Below, piece by piece: positions 38,665-49,852 of a stretch of 64,000 nt of DNA. This stretch comes from Minisyncoccia bacterium (lineage in GTDB: Bacteria > Patescibacteriota > Minisyncoccia > Phycocordibacterales > Phycocordibacteraceae). The notes below the pieces were generated by a model that made no database searches, was not told the DNA's origin, and worked only from the letters and a program-made list of their open reading frames with translations. The first letter of the stretch is position 1. Every line of letters begins with the position of its first letter. The stretch spans positions 76,173 to 140,172 of the forward strand of contig JBEKII010000002.1 in NCBI GenBank assembly GCA_050011835.1, written 5' to 3'. The translations under genes and the position numbers were made by a program.

Positions 38665-39631
38665 CGTTAAGGACACCGCGATGCACTGGGGGATTGGAGC
38701 CCGTTGAATTATTCGGAGAGCTTGGAGAGGTTCCTTGATCAATGATAGACGAAGCGGTTACTGACGTACCGTTTACGGTGCCCTGCACAACGACGTTATC
38801 TCCTACGACGACGTTTGAAATCGTCGCTCCCATCGTCGTGACACCCGCTTTTGATACCTTTGCGGAAGAGGCATCCACGGTGTACGTGACGTTGCTCTTG
38901 TTCGTGACGGTAAGAGTTGAGCCGTTGATTGCGGTCATGTTACCGCCGATAACTGGCTGGCCGTTCCCTTGGATTGCCGGTGTCTGTCCCTGCGACATGC
39001 CGTCGCGAATGGTTTTCGCGGTTACCGATGTGCCGCTCACTGTTCCTTGCACCATTACTGTGTCGCCTGTCGCAATGTTTGACACGGATGAGTTTGCTCC
39101 GTTCTTAGTAACCGTGGCGTTGGATGCGTCTACTGTGTAGGTCGTCGCGGTCGCATTTTGTCTGAAGCCCTTGCTGGTTACGGTTAGCGTCGTACCGCTA
39201 ACCGAAGCGACGGTGCCGAAGACGCCGGGATTCATGCCCGTGTGCCCGCCCATCATCATTGAACCGTCACGGATTGCGGTTGCCGTAACGCTTGAACCGC
39301 TTACGGTTCCTTGAATCATCACGGTATCACCGACAGCGATAGCCGAGACGGACGAACTCGCTCCGTTCTTGGTGACGGTCGCGTTTGTTGCGTCAACCGT
39401 ATAAGGGGTCGAAGCCGTGCTACCGCGTTGCCAATTCTTAGAATTGACTGTGAGCGTGTTGCCAGAAATCGAAGTAACCATGCCGACAACTGCCGGACGC
39501 GACATAGCAGCACCACCATGACCGAATCCGCCCGTGCCTGCCGCAAGTGCAGTACCAACGAGAGCGAAAGAACCAATAAGTGCTGAACCGACGATAAGAG
39601 CTGATAAATTGCGTTTAGTAAGTTTGTGCAT
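38624..39631 (-). CDS. Secreted repeat protein with three ~80-aa tandem repeats and a C-terminal GxLNAIGGFFSHLFGFF motif
   Basis: Start at MHKLTKRN (signal peptide). Repeat unit TLTVxSK...TYTVDAxNATVTKNGAxSSVSxIAxGDTVMxQGTVSG. Confidence 0.55.
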   Translation of the reverse strand: MHKLTKRNLSALIVGSALIGSFALVGTALAAGTGGFGHGGAAMSRPAVVGMVTSISGNTLTVNSKNWQRGSTASTPYTVDATNATVTKNGASSSVSAIAVGDTVMIQGTVSGSSVTATAIRDGSMMMGGHTGMNPGVFGTVASVSGTTLTVTSKGFRQNATATTYTVDASNATVTKNGANSSVSNIATGDTVMVQGTVSGTSVTAKTIRDGMSQGQTPAIQGNGQPVIGGNMTAINGSTLTVTNKSNVTYTVDASSAKVSKAGVTTMGATISNVVVGDNVVVQGTVNGTSVTASSIIDQGTSPSSPNNSTGSNPPVHRGVLNAIGGFFSHLFGFF

Positions 39632-39734
39632 AATGATGTTGTGGTTAGTGACTAATAGCTGATAGCTAAGCGTACAGGTATATATACGCCTGAGAAGTAA
39701 AAACATTTCTTTATGCCGTGCGTATATTATAATA

Positions 39735-41753
39735 GTGAGTATGAAACGCACCTTTTCTTTAAATCTCGCCGCTTTATCCGTAAGTTTTTTTATTAGTCTT
39801 GCGCCCTCTGCTTTCGCCACGGTGCCGCCGACTCTCTCGCTCGCAGCAACTGGCAGCGGAGACAACGTTCAAATAACTATTACCGGCGACCCGAATGTGA
39901 GCGTTCTTCTCTCGTATACCGAAACCGGCTCTGGCCCGCAAATCACCTCGCTCGGTTCAACTGATTCAACGGGTTCTTTCTCAACAGTCGTGTCAAGCGC
40001 GACGTACGGCCTTACCTCCGGCACGCTCGTTACCGCGATTTTAAACGGCACCAGCGGGCCAAAGTCGCCGACCGTTGCGTGGCCAACGGTTAATTCTACG
40101 AATTCTCTTGCCTTGAGCCAGAATGCCGTCGTGCTCAACGCCGGTTCCTCAGCGAGCGTCACTGCGACGAATATCGGTTCTGGGGCATTGTATGTTTCCA
40201 ACAACTCAAATCCTTCAATCGCGAATGTAAGCGTCAGCGGAACCCAAGTCACTTTTTCGGGCAATACTGCCGGAGCGACGACGGTGACGCTTTGTCAGGT
40301 TGGTAACGCGACTAGCTGCCCGAGCGTGTATGTCACCGTGGAGCAGTCGGGAGCAGGACAACTCTCTTTCAGCCAAAATAACGTCTCGGTTGTCAACGGA
40401 CAAAATTTACCGATCACTATCAGCGGCGGCAACGGAGCGTATGAGATTACTTACAATTCAAACTCCAGTGTCATTCAGGCAAGTATTAGCGGTTCGGTAC
40501 TTACCTTGAGCACGGGCGCGTCAAGCGGTTCCTCTTCAATTACCGTCTGCTCTTCTGATATGGCGATGTGTGGTGTCGTCGTGGCTGTGGCGGGGAGCGC
40601 AAACTCCGTCGCGATTTCTTTCAGCAACGGCGCTCCTGTTCTTTCAACCAACCAGAGTATGACGATTAATATCTACGGACCATCAGGCGTGCAGTTCTAT
40701 GTTTCTTCCAATTCAAGCCCGAGCATTGTGCAGGCGAATCTCTCTGGCACGACACTCACGTTAACTGGTATCGCGGCGGGTTCATCGTCCATCTCCGTTT
40801 GCGCTTCAACGGGCACGTGCGCATCGCTTATCGCGACGGTTCAGTACGCCACGACCGGCGCGAACATTACGATTAGCCAAAACGCCCTTTCTCTTCTTGC
40901 GGGCCAAAACACCACGATAACCATTTCAGGCGGCGAACAACCTTATTTTGTCTCGGGCGGAACGAGCTCAATAGCGCAGGAGACCTTGAACGGTAGCACG
41001 CTCACGGTCTACGGCGTCGCGATTGGCACATCGTCATCAAATGTATGTTCGGCAGGTGGCGGTTGCGTGCCGCTTACCGTAACGGTGAACGGTTCGGGCA
41101 CAACCGCGGCATTCTCTATGAGCCAGAGCAATGTTTCGCTTGTCGTGGGCCAAATTTCAACAGTCACTTTGTACGGCAACGGCAATTATTATCTCTCTAG
41201 CAATACCGGACCGAGCGTCGCTTCGGTTACCATAAGCGGGCCAAGCGCGATTGTCTCCGGATTAAGCTCCGGGAGTACAAACGCTGCTATCTGCGAGAGT
41301 GGCGGTTCTTGCGCGACGCTTGTTGTGACAGTCAATAATACGGCGGCGCAAACATCACCGGCGCCGACCGCTATAGTGACGAATCCGCCGACTAGTACAT
41401 TCACAAAATATCTTGCGCCCGGCTCGGGAAACGCACAAGTGACCGTGCTTCAGCAGGCACTCGCGGCCCAAGGTTATTTCTCCGGCGCCGTCACAGGTTA
41501 CTACGGCGCGCAGACCAAAGCCGCTGTCATTAAATTTCAGACAGCGCATAGCATCAATCCGCTTGGCGTCGTCGGCCCTGCGACACGCACGGCGCTTAAT
41601 CAGCTTGGGAGTACGTCCGTGCCGAACACGAATAACATCTCAAACGTGGACATTACCACTATGACCCTGAGTCAGCTTCAGGCCGAAGTGCAATCACTTG
41701 AATCGCAACTCACTCAAGTTCTCAACCGCATCACGCAATTAACGGGGCAGTAG
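39735..41753 (+). CDS. Large secreted surface protein with repeated Cys-pair domains and a C-terminal PG-binding domain
   Basis: 672 aa. At least 6 repeats, each ending ...CxxGxCxxxxVTV. YFSGAVTGYYGAQTKAAVIKFQ PG_binding_1. C-terminal coiled coil. Confidence 0.6.
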   Translation: MSMKRTFSLNLAALSVSFFISLAPSAFATVPPTLSLAATGSGDNVQITITGDPNVSVLLSYTETGSGPQITSLGSTDSTGSFSTVVSSATYGLTSGTLVTAILNGTSGPKSPTVAWPTVNSTNSLALSQNAVVLNAGSSASVTATNIGSGALYVSNNSNPSIANVSVSGTQVTFSGNTAGATTVTLCQVGNATSCPSVYVTVEQSGAGQLSFSQNNVSVVNGQNLPITISGGNGAYEITYNSNSSVIQASISGSVLTLSTGASSGSSSITVCSSDMAMCGVVVAVAGSANSVAISFSNGAPVLSTNQSMTINIYGPSGVQFYVSSNSSPSIVQANLSGTTLTLTGIAAGSSSISVCASTGTCASLIATVQYATTGANITISQNALSLLAGQNTTITISGGEQPYFVSGGTSSIAQETLNGSTLTVYGVAIGTSSSNVCSAGGGCVPLTVTVNGSGTTAAFSMSQSNVSLVVGQISTVTLYGNGNYYLSSNTGPSVASVTISGPSAIVSGLSSGSTNAAICESGGSCATLVVTVNNTAAQTSPAPTAIVTNPPTSTFTKYLAPGSGNAQVTVLQQALAAQGYFSGAVTGYYGAQTKAAVIKFQTAHSINPLGVVGPATRTALNQLGSTSVPNTNNISNVDITTMTLSQLQAEVQSLESQLTQVLNRITQLTGQ

Positions 41754-41825
41754 CACGATGCCTACATTTTTAGAGTAGTGCAATATAGCACACAATAGAG
41801 TTAGATTCGTGATAAAATAAATTGT

Positions 41826-42740
41826 ATGACGTGGTTTTTTATTGCGCTGGCAGGATCACTTCTGGTTGCGTTTTCAAACCATATTGATAAATATCTAATT
41901 TCGAAGTATCTGCAGGGTGGGCAGGTCGGTTCACTCATTATATTTTCCGCGATATTTTCTACCGTTGCCCTGCCAATCTTAGTACTCATTCATCCGGCAA
42001 TTTTTAACATCACTCCGTTGCAGGGAATTGCGCTGATGATCAATGGCATGCTAGTGGTTCTGGCTGTTCTTTGTTATTTTTATGCGCTTCATAAAGATGA
42101 AGCGACTTTTGTCGTTCCTTTTTATCAAACGATACCAATTTTTGCGTTTATTCTCGGCTATTTCATTCTTGGAGAAACCATCTCTAAGATTCAAATATTT
42201 GGATCTTTTATTATTATTGCCGGGGGACTCATTTTATCTTTCGAGTTGCTTGAGAGAAAAAAAATAAAATTTAAAAAAGAAGTAGTGTTGCTGATGCTCA
42301 CCGCATCCATTTTTTACGCGATAAATGGCGTGATATTTAAATTGATCGCTATAAACGAGGGATTTTGGCCGTCTATATTCTGGGGTCTTGCTGGACATCT
42401 TGTGATTGGAATCTGGTTTTTAACTTTCATTCCAAAGTATCGTAGGCAGTTTTTCGAAATGTTGAGGGAAAATAAGGCCGCGGTCATTAGTCTGAACTCG
42501 TTTAGCGAAATGCTTTTTATTGTATCAGAGGCTTTAACTGCATATGCAACCCTCCTTGCGCCAGTTGCGCTGGTTCTTCTGGTGAATGCATTCCAGCCCG
42601 TTTTTGTCTTTATAATTGGTATTATCTTAGCCATATTTTTGCCACATATTAGTCAAGAATCAATTGAACGAAGAGTCCTGATTCAAAAAATTGCTGGGAT
42701 ATGCCTTGTCCTCATCGGTTCATATTTTATTGGAGTGTAA
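41826..42740 (+). CDS. EamA/DMT-family transporter
   Basis: 304 aa, about 10 TM helices, two EamA-like halves. Confidence 0.65.
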   Translation: MTWFFIALAGSLLVAFSNHIDKYLISKYLQGGQVGSLIIFSAIFSTVALPILVLIHPAIFNITPLQGIALMINGMLVVLAVLCYFYALHKDEATFVVPFYQTIPIFAFILGYFILGETISKIQIFGSFIIIAGGLILSFELLERKKIKFKKEVVLLMLTASIFYAINGVIFKLIAINEGFWPSIFWGLAGHLVIGIWFLTFIPKYRRQFFEMLRENKAAVISLNSFSEMLFIVSEALTAYATLLAPVALVLLVNAFQPVFVFIIGIILAIFLPHISQESIERRVLIQKIAGICLVLIGSYFIGV

Positions 42741-42803
42741 TGAGGGAAAAATCTTGTCGTCGTTTTATATGGATGGTATACTTAGAATGTAGAATGAAGT
42801 AAC

Positions 42804-43193
42804 ATGTCAAAAATAGACCCATTCGGATATCTCTTAACACTCGATCTTTACGAATGTAAAAAGGGCGCATGCGATGACCTATCACTATGCTCTAAATTTT
42901 TAGAGGATATCGTTGTCCAACTTAAGATGGATAAACAATCGCCCCCATTCATCTTCCGAAGTGATACGATTGCGTATCCTAACAAAGCGGGACTCTCCGG
43001 ATGGATCCCTCTTATTCAAAGCGGTGTCCAGATTCATACGTTGACGCCAAAGAATTTCATTTCAATTGATATTTACTCATGTGGAAAGTTTTCAGCGGAT
43101 AATATCGAAGAGTACGTCCGAAATTATTTTGGATGCAAGGAAGTCGAGGTCCACTTTATTGAGAGGGGCGTAAAATATAATAGTATACGTTAA
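42804..43193 (+). CDS. S-adenosylmethionine decarboxylase proenzyme-like (SpeH/SpeD class 1b)
   Basis: 129 aa. The ...SGWIPLIQSGVQIHTLTPKNFISIDIYSCG block resembles the SpeH core ...SESHISIHTWPE...VDVFTCG. Confidence 0.45.
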   Translation: MSKIDPFGYLLTLDLYECKKGACDDLSLCSKFLEDIVVQLKMDKQSPPFIFRSDTIAYPNKAGLSGWIPLIQSGVQIHTLTPKNFISIDIYSCGKFSADNIEEYVRNYFGCKEVEVHFIERGVKYNSIR

Positions 43194-43345
43194 GAAGATG
43201 ATTGAATCCCTTGGTCGAAATTGACTACTGAATAGTTGCCCTTTATTATCGTTTCATAAAACGTCAATGTAACGGAAACAACACCCAATAAGACAACGAA
43301 TATGAATAAGAATTTCCCGAGTTTCCTCATACGCTAAATTATACC

Positions 43346-44665
43346 ATGAGAATATTACTTATATCATCAAGTAATAGCATTGCTGCCCACTTAGCGTATC
43401 TGCTGAAGCAAGAAGGCAATGAGGTAAGGCTTTTTATAGATGATATCGATCGTAAAGAAAATTTTGAAAATATGGTTGAAAAAACCGACAATTGGCAGAA
43501 AGAGCTGAAATGGATCGGAAGAGGAGGGAATGGTCTTATAGTTTTTGACGATATCGGTTATGGAAAGATTCAAGATGAGCTTAGAAAAGAGGGGTTTTCA
43601 GTATTCGGGGGTTCAGAGTTAGCAGATAAGCTGGAGGATGACCGACAGTATGCCCAGGAGATTTTTACTAAGGAGGGTATAAAAACGGTAACAACGAAAA
43701 ATTTTAATGATATTCAAAGTGCTATCGATTTTGTCAAGAAGTATAAAGGGGCATGGGTGATTAAACAGAACGGCCACGACTCAAAAGGTCTCAATTATGT
43801 AGGCTTCTTTGATGACGGACATGATTTGGTAAATGTTTTGGAGAATTATCAAACAAACTTGAATCTGAAAGGAGAAGCGCGAATCATTACTCTTCAGCAG
43901 AAAATCAAAGGAGTTGAAATAGCTGTAGCAAGATATTTTAATGGTATTGACTGGGTTGGTCCGATCGAGCTCAACATCGAGCATAAAAAATTCTTTCCTG
44001 GTGACATGGGTCCGGCAACGAGTGAGATGGGAACCCTCGGATGGTATATTGATAGAGAAAATAATAAATTATTCAATGAGACTCTTGGGAAACTCAAATC
44101 ACATCTCAAGAAAATCAATTATAAAGGAGCGATAGATTTAAATTGTATTGTGAATGAAACCGGAGCATATCCTCTTGAGGTAACACCACGTTTTGGATCA
44201 CCCATTGTTTATCTTCAGGCAGAATTGCATAAATCCCCATGGGGAGAGTTTTTAAAGGCCATTGCTGACGGGAAGTCGTATGATCTAAAATGGGAAAAAG
44301 GTTATGGAGTAGTTATTCTTGTTACGGCTCCGCCATTTCCATATGCAAAAAAGCTTCCCGATTTGTCTCCCAAAGGTTTGAATATTTATCTAGATCCTTC
44401 CCTGAAAGAAAGCGGTCTTAAACATATTCATTTTGAAGGAGTGGGCTTAAGAAAAGGGAGTGGCCCGAAACAATACTACATCTCTGATTATCAGGGCTAT
44501 GTTTTGTATGTGACAGCTGTAGATAATACAGTTGAAACCGCTCGTACCAAAGCATCACAAATCATTCGACATATCTATTTCCCAAAAATGTTCTACCGCC
44601 ACGATATCGGGATCAGTTTTATAGAAACAGAATACGACAAGCTTTGTCGATGGGGGTATATATGA
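43346..44665 (+). CDS. ATP-grasp enzyme, divergent phosphoribosylamine-glycine ligase (PurD)-like
   Basis: 439 aa. KGAWVIKQNGHDSKG and EHKKFFPGDMGPATSEMG resemble PurD's VVKADGLAAGKG and DHKR..DGD.GPNTGGMG. Confidence 0.5.
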   Translation: MRILLISSSNSIAAHLAYLLKQEGNEVRLFIDDIDRKENFENMVEKTDNWQKELKWIGRGGNGLIVFDDIGYGKIQDELRKEGFSVFGGSELADKLEDDRQYAQEIFTKEGIKTVTTKNFNDIQSAIDFVKKYKGAWVIKQNGHDSKGLNYVGFFDDGHDLVNVLENYQTNLNLKGEARIITLQQKIKGVEIAVARYFNGIDWVGPIELNIEHKKFFPGDMGPATSEMGTLGWYIDRENNKLFNETLGKLKSHLKKINYKGAIDLNCIVNETGAYPLEVTPRFGSPIVYLQAELHKSPWGEFLKAIADGKSYDLKWEKGYGVVILVTAPPFPYAKKLPDLSPKGLNIYLDPSLKESGLKHIHFEGVGLRKGSGPKQYYISDYQGYVLYVTAVDNTVETARTKASQIIRHIYFPKMFYRHDIGISFIETEYDKLCRWGYI

Positions 44666-44709
44666 GATGCGTGAAATTATAATCGGGTTTATAATGACAT
44701 CGATACCAC

Positions 44710-46332
44710 ATGAATCCAATTCTTTGCTCAGGAGAAACACCATATTTTCTAAAATTTTTTGATTTATCTACCGCTCCACCTCTTCTTTTTTACACGTATA
44801 TTCCAGCGATCACCGCATCTCTTTTCCTAGGTTTTTACGTTTATAAAAAAGCAAAAGGATCGCTGGAAAGCAAGTTGCTCCTTTTTATATCAATTTTCTT
44901 TTCGCTGTGGGTTCTAGATATTTTGGTTCTCTGGGTGGCTTCGTATAACAGTCTGCTTATGTTCGGCTGGCAGATAACGCCAATATTTGAAGTCCCTCTT
45001 TTTATTTTTACTGTTTATTTCACTTATGTGATGACCGATAAACAAAGGAAAGACATTAGTCCTACGCTTAAACTTATCTTCTTAAGCATTATGGGCATCG
45101 TCTTTTTAATTCTTCCAACGAAATTAAATATTCCTTTCTACAATCTAAACAATTGCGAGGGGGTTCCGGGTATCTATTGGAATTTTGAATATATTGCCGA
45201 GATGGTAGTGATAGTCTGGGTATTAGGTATCTGTATAAGTAGATTCCGCGCCCTAAAAAAAGGTGACGAGTTTAAGAAACAAATCATTTATTTCGGTATC
45301 GGAGTCGCGTCGTTTTTAGTTCTATTCGCCGGATCGAACATTGTCGGGCAGATGACTGACATACAGGTAATAAGTTTTTTAGGCTCGCTCGGCGTAGTTA
45401 TACTTCTTGCTTTCCTTTCTTATCTCATTGTTCGTTATAATGAATTTAAGATCAAAGTATTTGCTACTCAGGCCTTAGTTTTTGCAATCACATTACTTAT
45501 TGGATCACAGATATTCACGCCGAGCAGTACTACCGATCTGTTTGTTACCGCTATTACACTCATTGCATTCTTGGCAAGTGGATTCTTTCTTATAAAAAGT
45601 GTCAAAGGAGAAATTGAGCAGCGCGAACGCGTTGAGCAACTCGCAGAACAACTCTCTGAGTTTATGTCGCTCGCGACACATGAGATTCGCGGTCCCGCCA
45701 CGTTTATTAAAGGATTCACGGCGAGCGCGCTTGAGGGCGATATCGGCGAGCTCACGTCAGCGACTAAGGATGGCATGCAGAAAATTTTTGTTCGAGCCGA
45801 TGACATTATCCATCTTAGCAATCAGTATCTGGATAAATCAAAATTGGAATTGAACCAGTTGAAATATGAATTTGCGCCGACCGACCTCGGGGAAATGGTG
45901 GGAGATCTCGTGCGCGAGTTCCAGCCCGCCGCCGCCCAGCGAGGCATCATGGTTATGTCTGCTATAGACAAAAACCAATCCTACGGGGTGCAAGCCGATA
46001 GCGGGAAAATAAAAGAAGTTATCGGGAATCTCATTGATAACGCAGTCAAATACACGCCGAAAGGGTCCGTGACGATTTCTATTGCGAAAGACGAAAAAAC
46101 AGTAACAGTAAAAATCGCCGATACTGGCGTCGGCATATCGGCCGAGACCATCCCGCAACTTTTTAAGAAATTCTCTCGGGCCGATGCCGAAAAAGTAAAT
46201 CTACTTGGCTCCGGCCTCGGGCTCTATCTCGCCAAGATATTTATTGATGCCCATCATGGCCGCATCTGGGTTGAATCAGAAGGGAAGGATAAGGGCTCTA
46301 CATTCTTTGTCGAACTTCCTACTGGTTCATAA
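44710..46332 (+). CDS. Sensor histidine kinase with an N-terminal multi-TM sensor
   Basis: 540 aa. HisKA H-box LATHEIRGP. HATPase_c G-boxes DTGVGI and GSGLGLYLAK. Confidence 0.8.
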   Translation: MNPILCSGETPYFLKFFDLSTAPPLLFYTYIPAITASLFLGFYVYKKAKGSLESKLLLFISIFFSLWVLDILVLWVASYNSLLMFGWQITPIFEVPLFIFTVYFTYVMTDKQRKDISPTLKLIFLSIMGIVFLILPTKLNIPFYNLNNCEGVPGIYWNFEYIAEMVVIVWVLGICISRFRALKKGDEFKKQIIYFGIGVASFLVLFAGSNIVGQMTDIQVISFLGSLGVVILLAFLSYLIVRYNEFKIKVFATQALVFAITLLIGSQIFTPSSTTDLFVTAITLIAFLASGFFLIKSVKGEIEQRERVEQLAEQLSEFMSLATHEIRGPATFIKGFTASALEGDIGELTSATKDGMQKIFVRADDIIHLSNQYLDKSKLELNQLKYEFAPTDLGEMVGDLVREFQPAAAQRGIMVMSAIDKNQSYGVQADSGKIKEVIGNLIDNAVKYTPKGSVTISIAKDEKTVTVKIADTGVGISAETIPQLFKKFSRADAEKVNLLGSGLGLYLAKIFIDAHHGRIWVESEGKDKGSTFFVELPTGS

Positions 46333-46493
46333 AACATGGAGATTTGCTAATCATCGGCGCGATGACGGTCTCCAATATCTCGGCCATTATCTCACTGACA
46401 TATTGACAGATAGCATGTTTCTGTAGTAGGATTTCTTTAGAATATTGATCTTGAAATGGCACTTATGCCTAAAATAAGAGAAAGGAGTTAATC

Positions 46494-47123
46494 ATGAGTA
46501 ACATTGTTTGGGTAGTTCTCGCATTTTTCTTTGGCGCATTCATTATGTGGGGAGTAATGCGGAACAAATTACGCGAGATGACAGCCGAGGCGGAATTTTA
46601 CAAGCATCTCCAGCATTTATGGGAAGTGGTCTCGAGGGAACAAGGAGATTACGCCAGTCCTTGTGTTGACGTGGGGCTTGCTTACATTAACAGTGTCTCG
46701 TCTAGGGGAAGGCGTGATTACATTAGAAAGGAGGTGTACAAGCTTCTCGATAAAAGTTATCATGGCTACCTCTATACGTTAGAAAAACAAGTGCACTGGT
46801 ATCTTTCATGGCACGGTATGGATGCTGAAAGGGATAAGTCAATCTGTCTCTTCTTTGTGAAAAATCACCGTTGGTTGAAATACGATGAAAAAGCCTGTGA
46901 TTGGTACGGTGCCACATCCTTTGAACCATCGAGGAAAGACAAGAGTTCAGGAAGAAATAAATTTCTGGTAGAAGAAAGGAACGCTTGCGAAAGGCGTTTA
47001 GCCGCGGAGAAGGCCGCGGAGGAAAAGAGATTTCTGAAATTTAGAGAGGAAGGACTTCAGGCGATTATCAGAGAACAAAAAATCAGAGGATTCTGGCGTG
47101 GCATGGCGGATGTTAGTGGATAA
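46494..47123 (+). CDS. Hypothetical membrane-anchored protein
   Basis: 209 aa. N-terminal TM helix. Basic, coiled C-terminus. Confidence 0.35.
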   Translation: MSNIVWVVLAFFFGAFIMWGVMRNKLREMTAEAEFYKHLQHLWEVVSREQGDYASPCVDVGLAYINSVSSRGRRDYIRKEVYKLLDKSYHGYLYTLEKQVHWYLSWHGMDAERDKSICLFFVKNHRWLKYDEKACDWYGATSFEPSRKDKSSGRNKFLVEERNACERRLAAEKAAEEKRFLKFREEGLQAIIREQKIRGFWRGMADVSG

Positions 47124-47233
47124 AGATTGCCAAGCCAAATTTCTCAACGGCGTGTGATTCTGGTTGCAATTTGCAATGCGGAATTCACGCCGTTTTTTGC
47201 TTCTGTTTTATTAAAATGCGATATACTGGAGCT

Positions 47234-48004
47234 ATGGAACAAAAATCAATTTCAGAACTCATGAATCTCTCGGGGAAGACCGCTATCGTGACCGGCGGCG
47301 CGATGGGAATCGGGTTTGCGATTTCGGCGCGGCTTGCGGAGGCGGGTGCGAACGTGCTCATTGCGGATAGAGATGCCGCGGCCGCCAAGGCGGCCGCGGC
47401 GAAGATTCCTCATTCAGTCGCATGTACCGTTGACGTTTCAGACGAGACGCAGGTTGATGCAATGGTTGCGAAAGCGGTAAGCGAGTTTGGCGGTATTGAT
47501 ATTCTCGTCAACAACGTCGGCATTTATCCGCAGAAGCCGGTGCTGGAAGAAACAACAGAAGAATTTGAAAAAGTCGTTCATGTTAATTTATTGGGTGCAT
47601 ATCTTTCTGCAAAAGCCACGGCGAAACAGATGATTGCACAAGGAAGGGGTGGCTCAATTATTAACATTACTTCCATTGACGCGCTCCATCCATCATCAGT
47701 CGGTCTCGCGTTTTATGACGCGAGCAAGCACGGTCTCTGGGGCTTCACTAAAAATCTCGCGTTGGAACTCGCTCCGCACAACATCTCCGTGAACGCCATC
47801 GCGCCGGGCGGAGTCGCAACGCCGGGGACGAATTTCGGCAAGATGCCCGACGAATTCTCGAAAGCATTCCTCGCCAAGATCCCGATGCATCGCATGGCGG
47901 AAGCCGACGAAATCGGCAAGGTCGCGCTCTTCCTCGCCTCCGGTCTCTCTTCTTATATGACCGGTTCGCAAATCGTCGTAGATGGCGGTACCTTGCTTGC
48001 CTAA
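47234..48004 (+). CDS. SDR-family oxidoreductase
   Basis: TGGAMGIG Rossmann motif and YxxxK. Start at MEQKS. Confidence 0.8.
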   Translation: MEQKSISELMNLSGKTAIVTGGAMGIGFAISARLAEAGANVLIADRDAAAAKAAAAKIPHSVACTVDVSDETQVDAMVAKAVSEFGGIDILVNNVGIYPQKPVLEETTEEFEKVVHVNLLGAYLSAKATAKQMIAQGRGGSIINITSIDALHPSSVGLAFYDASKHGLWGFTKNLALELAPHNISVNAIAPGGVATPGTNFGKMPDEFSKAFLAKIPMHRMAEADEIGKVALFLASGLSSYMTGSQIVVDGGTLLA

Positions 48005-48055
48005 TAATTTCTTTATTGTATATTAAACGCACCAGCCCTGCGGCTATTTTTATTT

Positions 48056-49852
48056 ATGGAAATCAGGAATATCGCCATCATCGCGCATGTTGACCACGGG
48101 AAGACGGCTCTTACCGATGCTATTTTGAAACAAACGGGCGCGGTGGCTGAGGGTGTGTCCATGGACAGCGACGCACTTGAACTGGAGCGCGGCATTACCA
48201 TTTATTCCAAGAATGCAGCAGTTGAATATAAAGGCACAAAAATAAATATCGTGGACACACCCGGACACGCGGATTTTGGCAGTGAAGTGGAGCGCGTATT
48301 GCGTTCCATTGATTCGGTGCTCCTTGTCGTTGACGCGCAGGAAGGGCCGATGCCGCAGACCCGCTTCGTACTGAAAAAGTCCCTGGAGCTTGGCCTCCGG
48401 CCGATTGTCGTTATTAATAAGATTGATAAGCCGGCGGCTGATCCGGCGAGGACAGAAGAACAGGTCTTTGAGCTTTTTCTTGAACTTGGCGCTACGAATG
48501 AGCAGTCCAATTTTCCCGCCATCTATTCAATTGGGCGCGAAGGCATTGCGCTTAAGAATCTCAATGATGAGCGCAAAGATCTCACGCCGCTTCTGGATAC
48601 GATTCTTGAGAAGGTTCCAGCGGCGAATAGTGCTGCGTCCGCCAACGCACCCCTTATGCTGCAGCCGTTCAATCTCGCCTATGACAACTTTATGGGGCGA
48701 CTCGCGATTGGCCGTATTTATTCAGGAACTGTTTGCCCGAACCAGAATGTTTTTATAAAAAAATCAAACGGGGAAACGCGCGCCGGTCGCGTTACTAAAG
48801 TGTTCACCTTTAAAGGACTTGAGCGCATTGAGACGGCCGAAGCATCAGCAGGAGACATCGTTCTTATTGCGGGCCTCCCCGACATCTATATCGGCGAGAC
48901 GGTAACGACCGATGAAACCGCCGCGCCCTTACCGGCAATCGCGGTGGATGAACCGACCATCGCGCTTAATTTTCTCGTCAATAATTCTCCATTCGCCGGG
49001 CGAGAAGGAAAATATGTAACCGGCCGTCAAATTCGTGAGCGGCTTGAAAAAGAGTTGGAAGTCAATGTCGGTCTTAAGGTTGATTTTTCAGATGCGGATT
49101 CTTTTCACGTATCTGGTCGTGGAGAATTGCATATCGCGATTCTTCTTGAAAACATGCGCCGCGAGGGCTACGAGCTCCAGGTCTCGCAACCACAGGTCAT
49201 TTTCCATCGGGAAAATAATGGTGAGCGAAGTGAACCATTTGAAGAAGTCGTTATTGATGTGCCGTCTGAGTTTCAGGGGGTTGTCATCGAGAAGCTTGGG
49301 GCGCGCGGGTTCGTGCTTCAGAATTTTGCGCATCCGCCAACGGGCGGAAATAATGCACGTCTCACGCTTCTTGGCCCGACGCGTGGTCTGCTCGGGTATA
49401 AGAATATATTTATCATTGACACACACGGCGAGGGAATTCTCTCCTCGCGCGTCGTCGGTTTCAAGCCCTATGCGGGCGAGATTAAAAAACGGCACGTCGG
49501 TTCAATGATTTCTATGGCGGCAGGTAAGGCGCTTGGCTACTCGCTCTGGGGTCTCCAGGAGCGCGGTCAGCTCTACATCAAACCGGCGGACGAGGTCTAC
49601 GAAGGCATGGTTATCGGTAATACTGCGAAGGGCGAAGAGATGCTGGTAAATCCAACGAAAGGGAAGAATCAATCCAATGTTCGTTCTATCAGCAAGGATG
49701 AAGCTATTGTGCTCGTGCCGCCATTTGAACTCACCATTGAACGTGGATTGGAAATAATGGCGGACGACGAGTATCTTGAGATTACGCCGAAGAGCGTCCG
49801 CCTGCGTAAGCAATTCTTGACCCAAAATGACCGTACGAAATCGCGTCGCTAA
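48056..49852 (+). CDS. typA: Translational GTPase TypA/BipA
   Basis: 598 aa. AHVDHGKT G1 motif. EF-G-like domain order. Confidence 0.9.
   Translation: MEIRNIAIIAHVDHGKTALTDAILKQTGAVAEGVSMDSDALELERGITIYSKNAAVEYKGTKINIVDTPGHADFGSEVERVLRSIDSVLLVVDAQEGPMPQTRFVLKKSLELGLRPIVVINKIDKPAADPARTEEQVFELFLELGATNEQSNFPAIYSIGREGIALKNLNDERKDLTPLLDTILEKVPAANSAASANAPLMLQPFNLAYDNFMGRLAIGRIYSGTVCPNQNVFIKKSNGETRAGRVTKVFTFKGLERIETAEASAGDIVLIAGLPDIYIGETVTTDETAAPLPAIAVDEPTIALNFLVNNSPFAGREGKYVTGRQIRERLEKELEVNVGLKVDFSDADSFHVSGRGELHIAILLENMRREGYELQVSQPQVIFHRENNGERSEPFEEVVIDVPSEFQGVVIEKLGARGFVLQNFAHPPTGGNNARLTLLGPTRGLLGYKNIFIIDTHGEGILSSRVVGFKPYAGEIKKRHVGSMISMAAGKALGYSLWGLQERGQLYIKPADEVYEGMVIGNTAKGEEMLVNPTKGKNQSNVRSISKDEAIVLVPPFELTIERGLEIMADDEYLEITPKSVRLRKQFLTQNDRTKSRR

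Noticed and set aside
43190-43330. 46-aa hydrophobic minus-strand peptide between the speH-like and purD-like genes
   Set aside because: It is too short and unsupported, and it overlaps the stop of the upstream gene. I left it unannotated.
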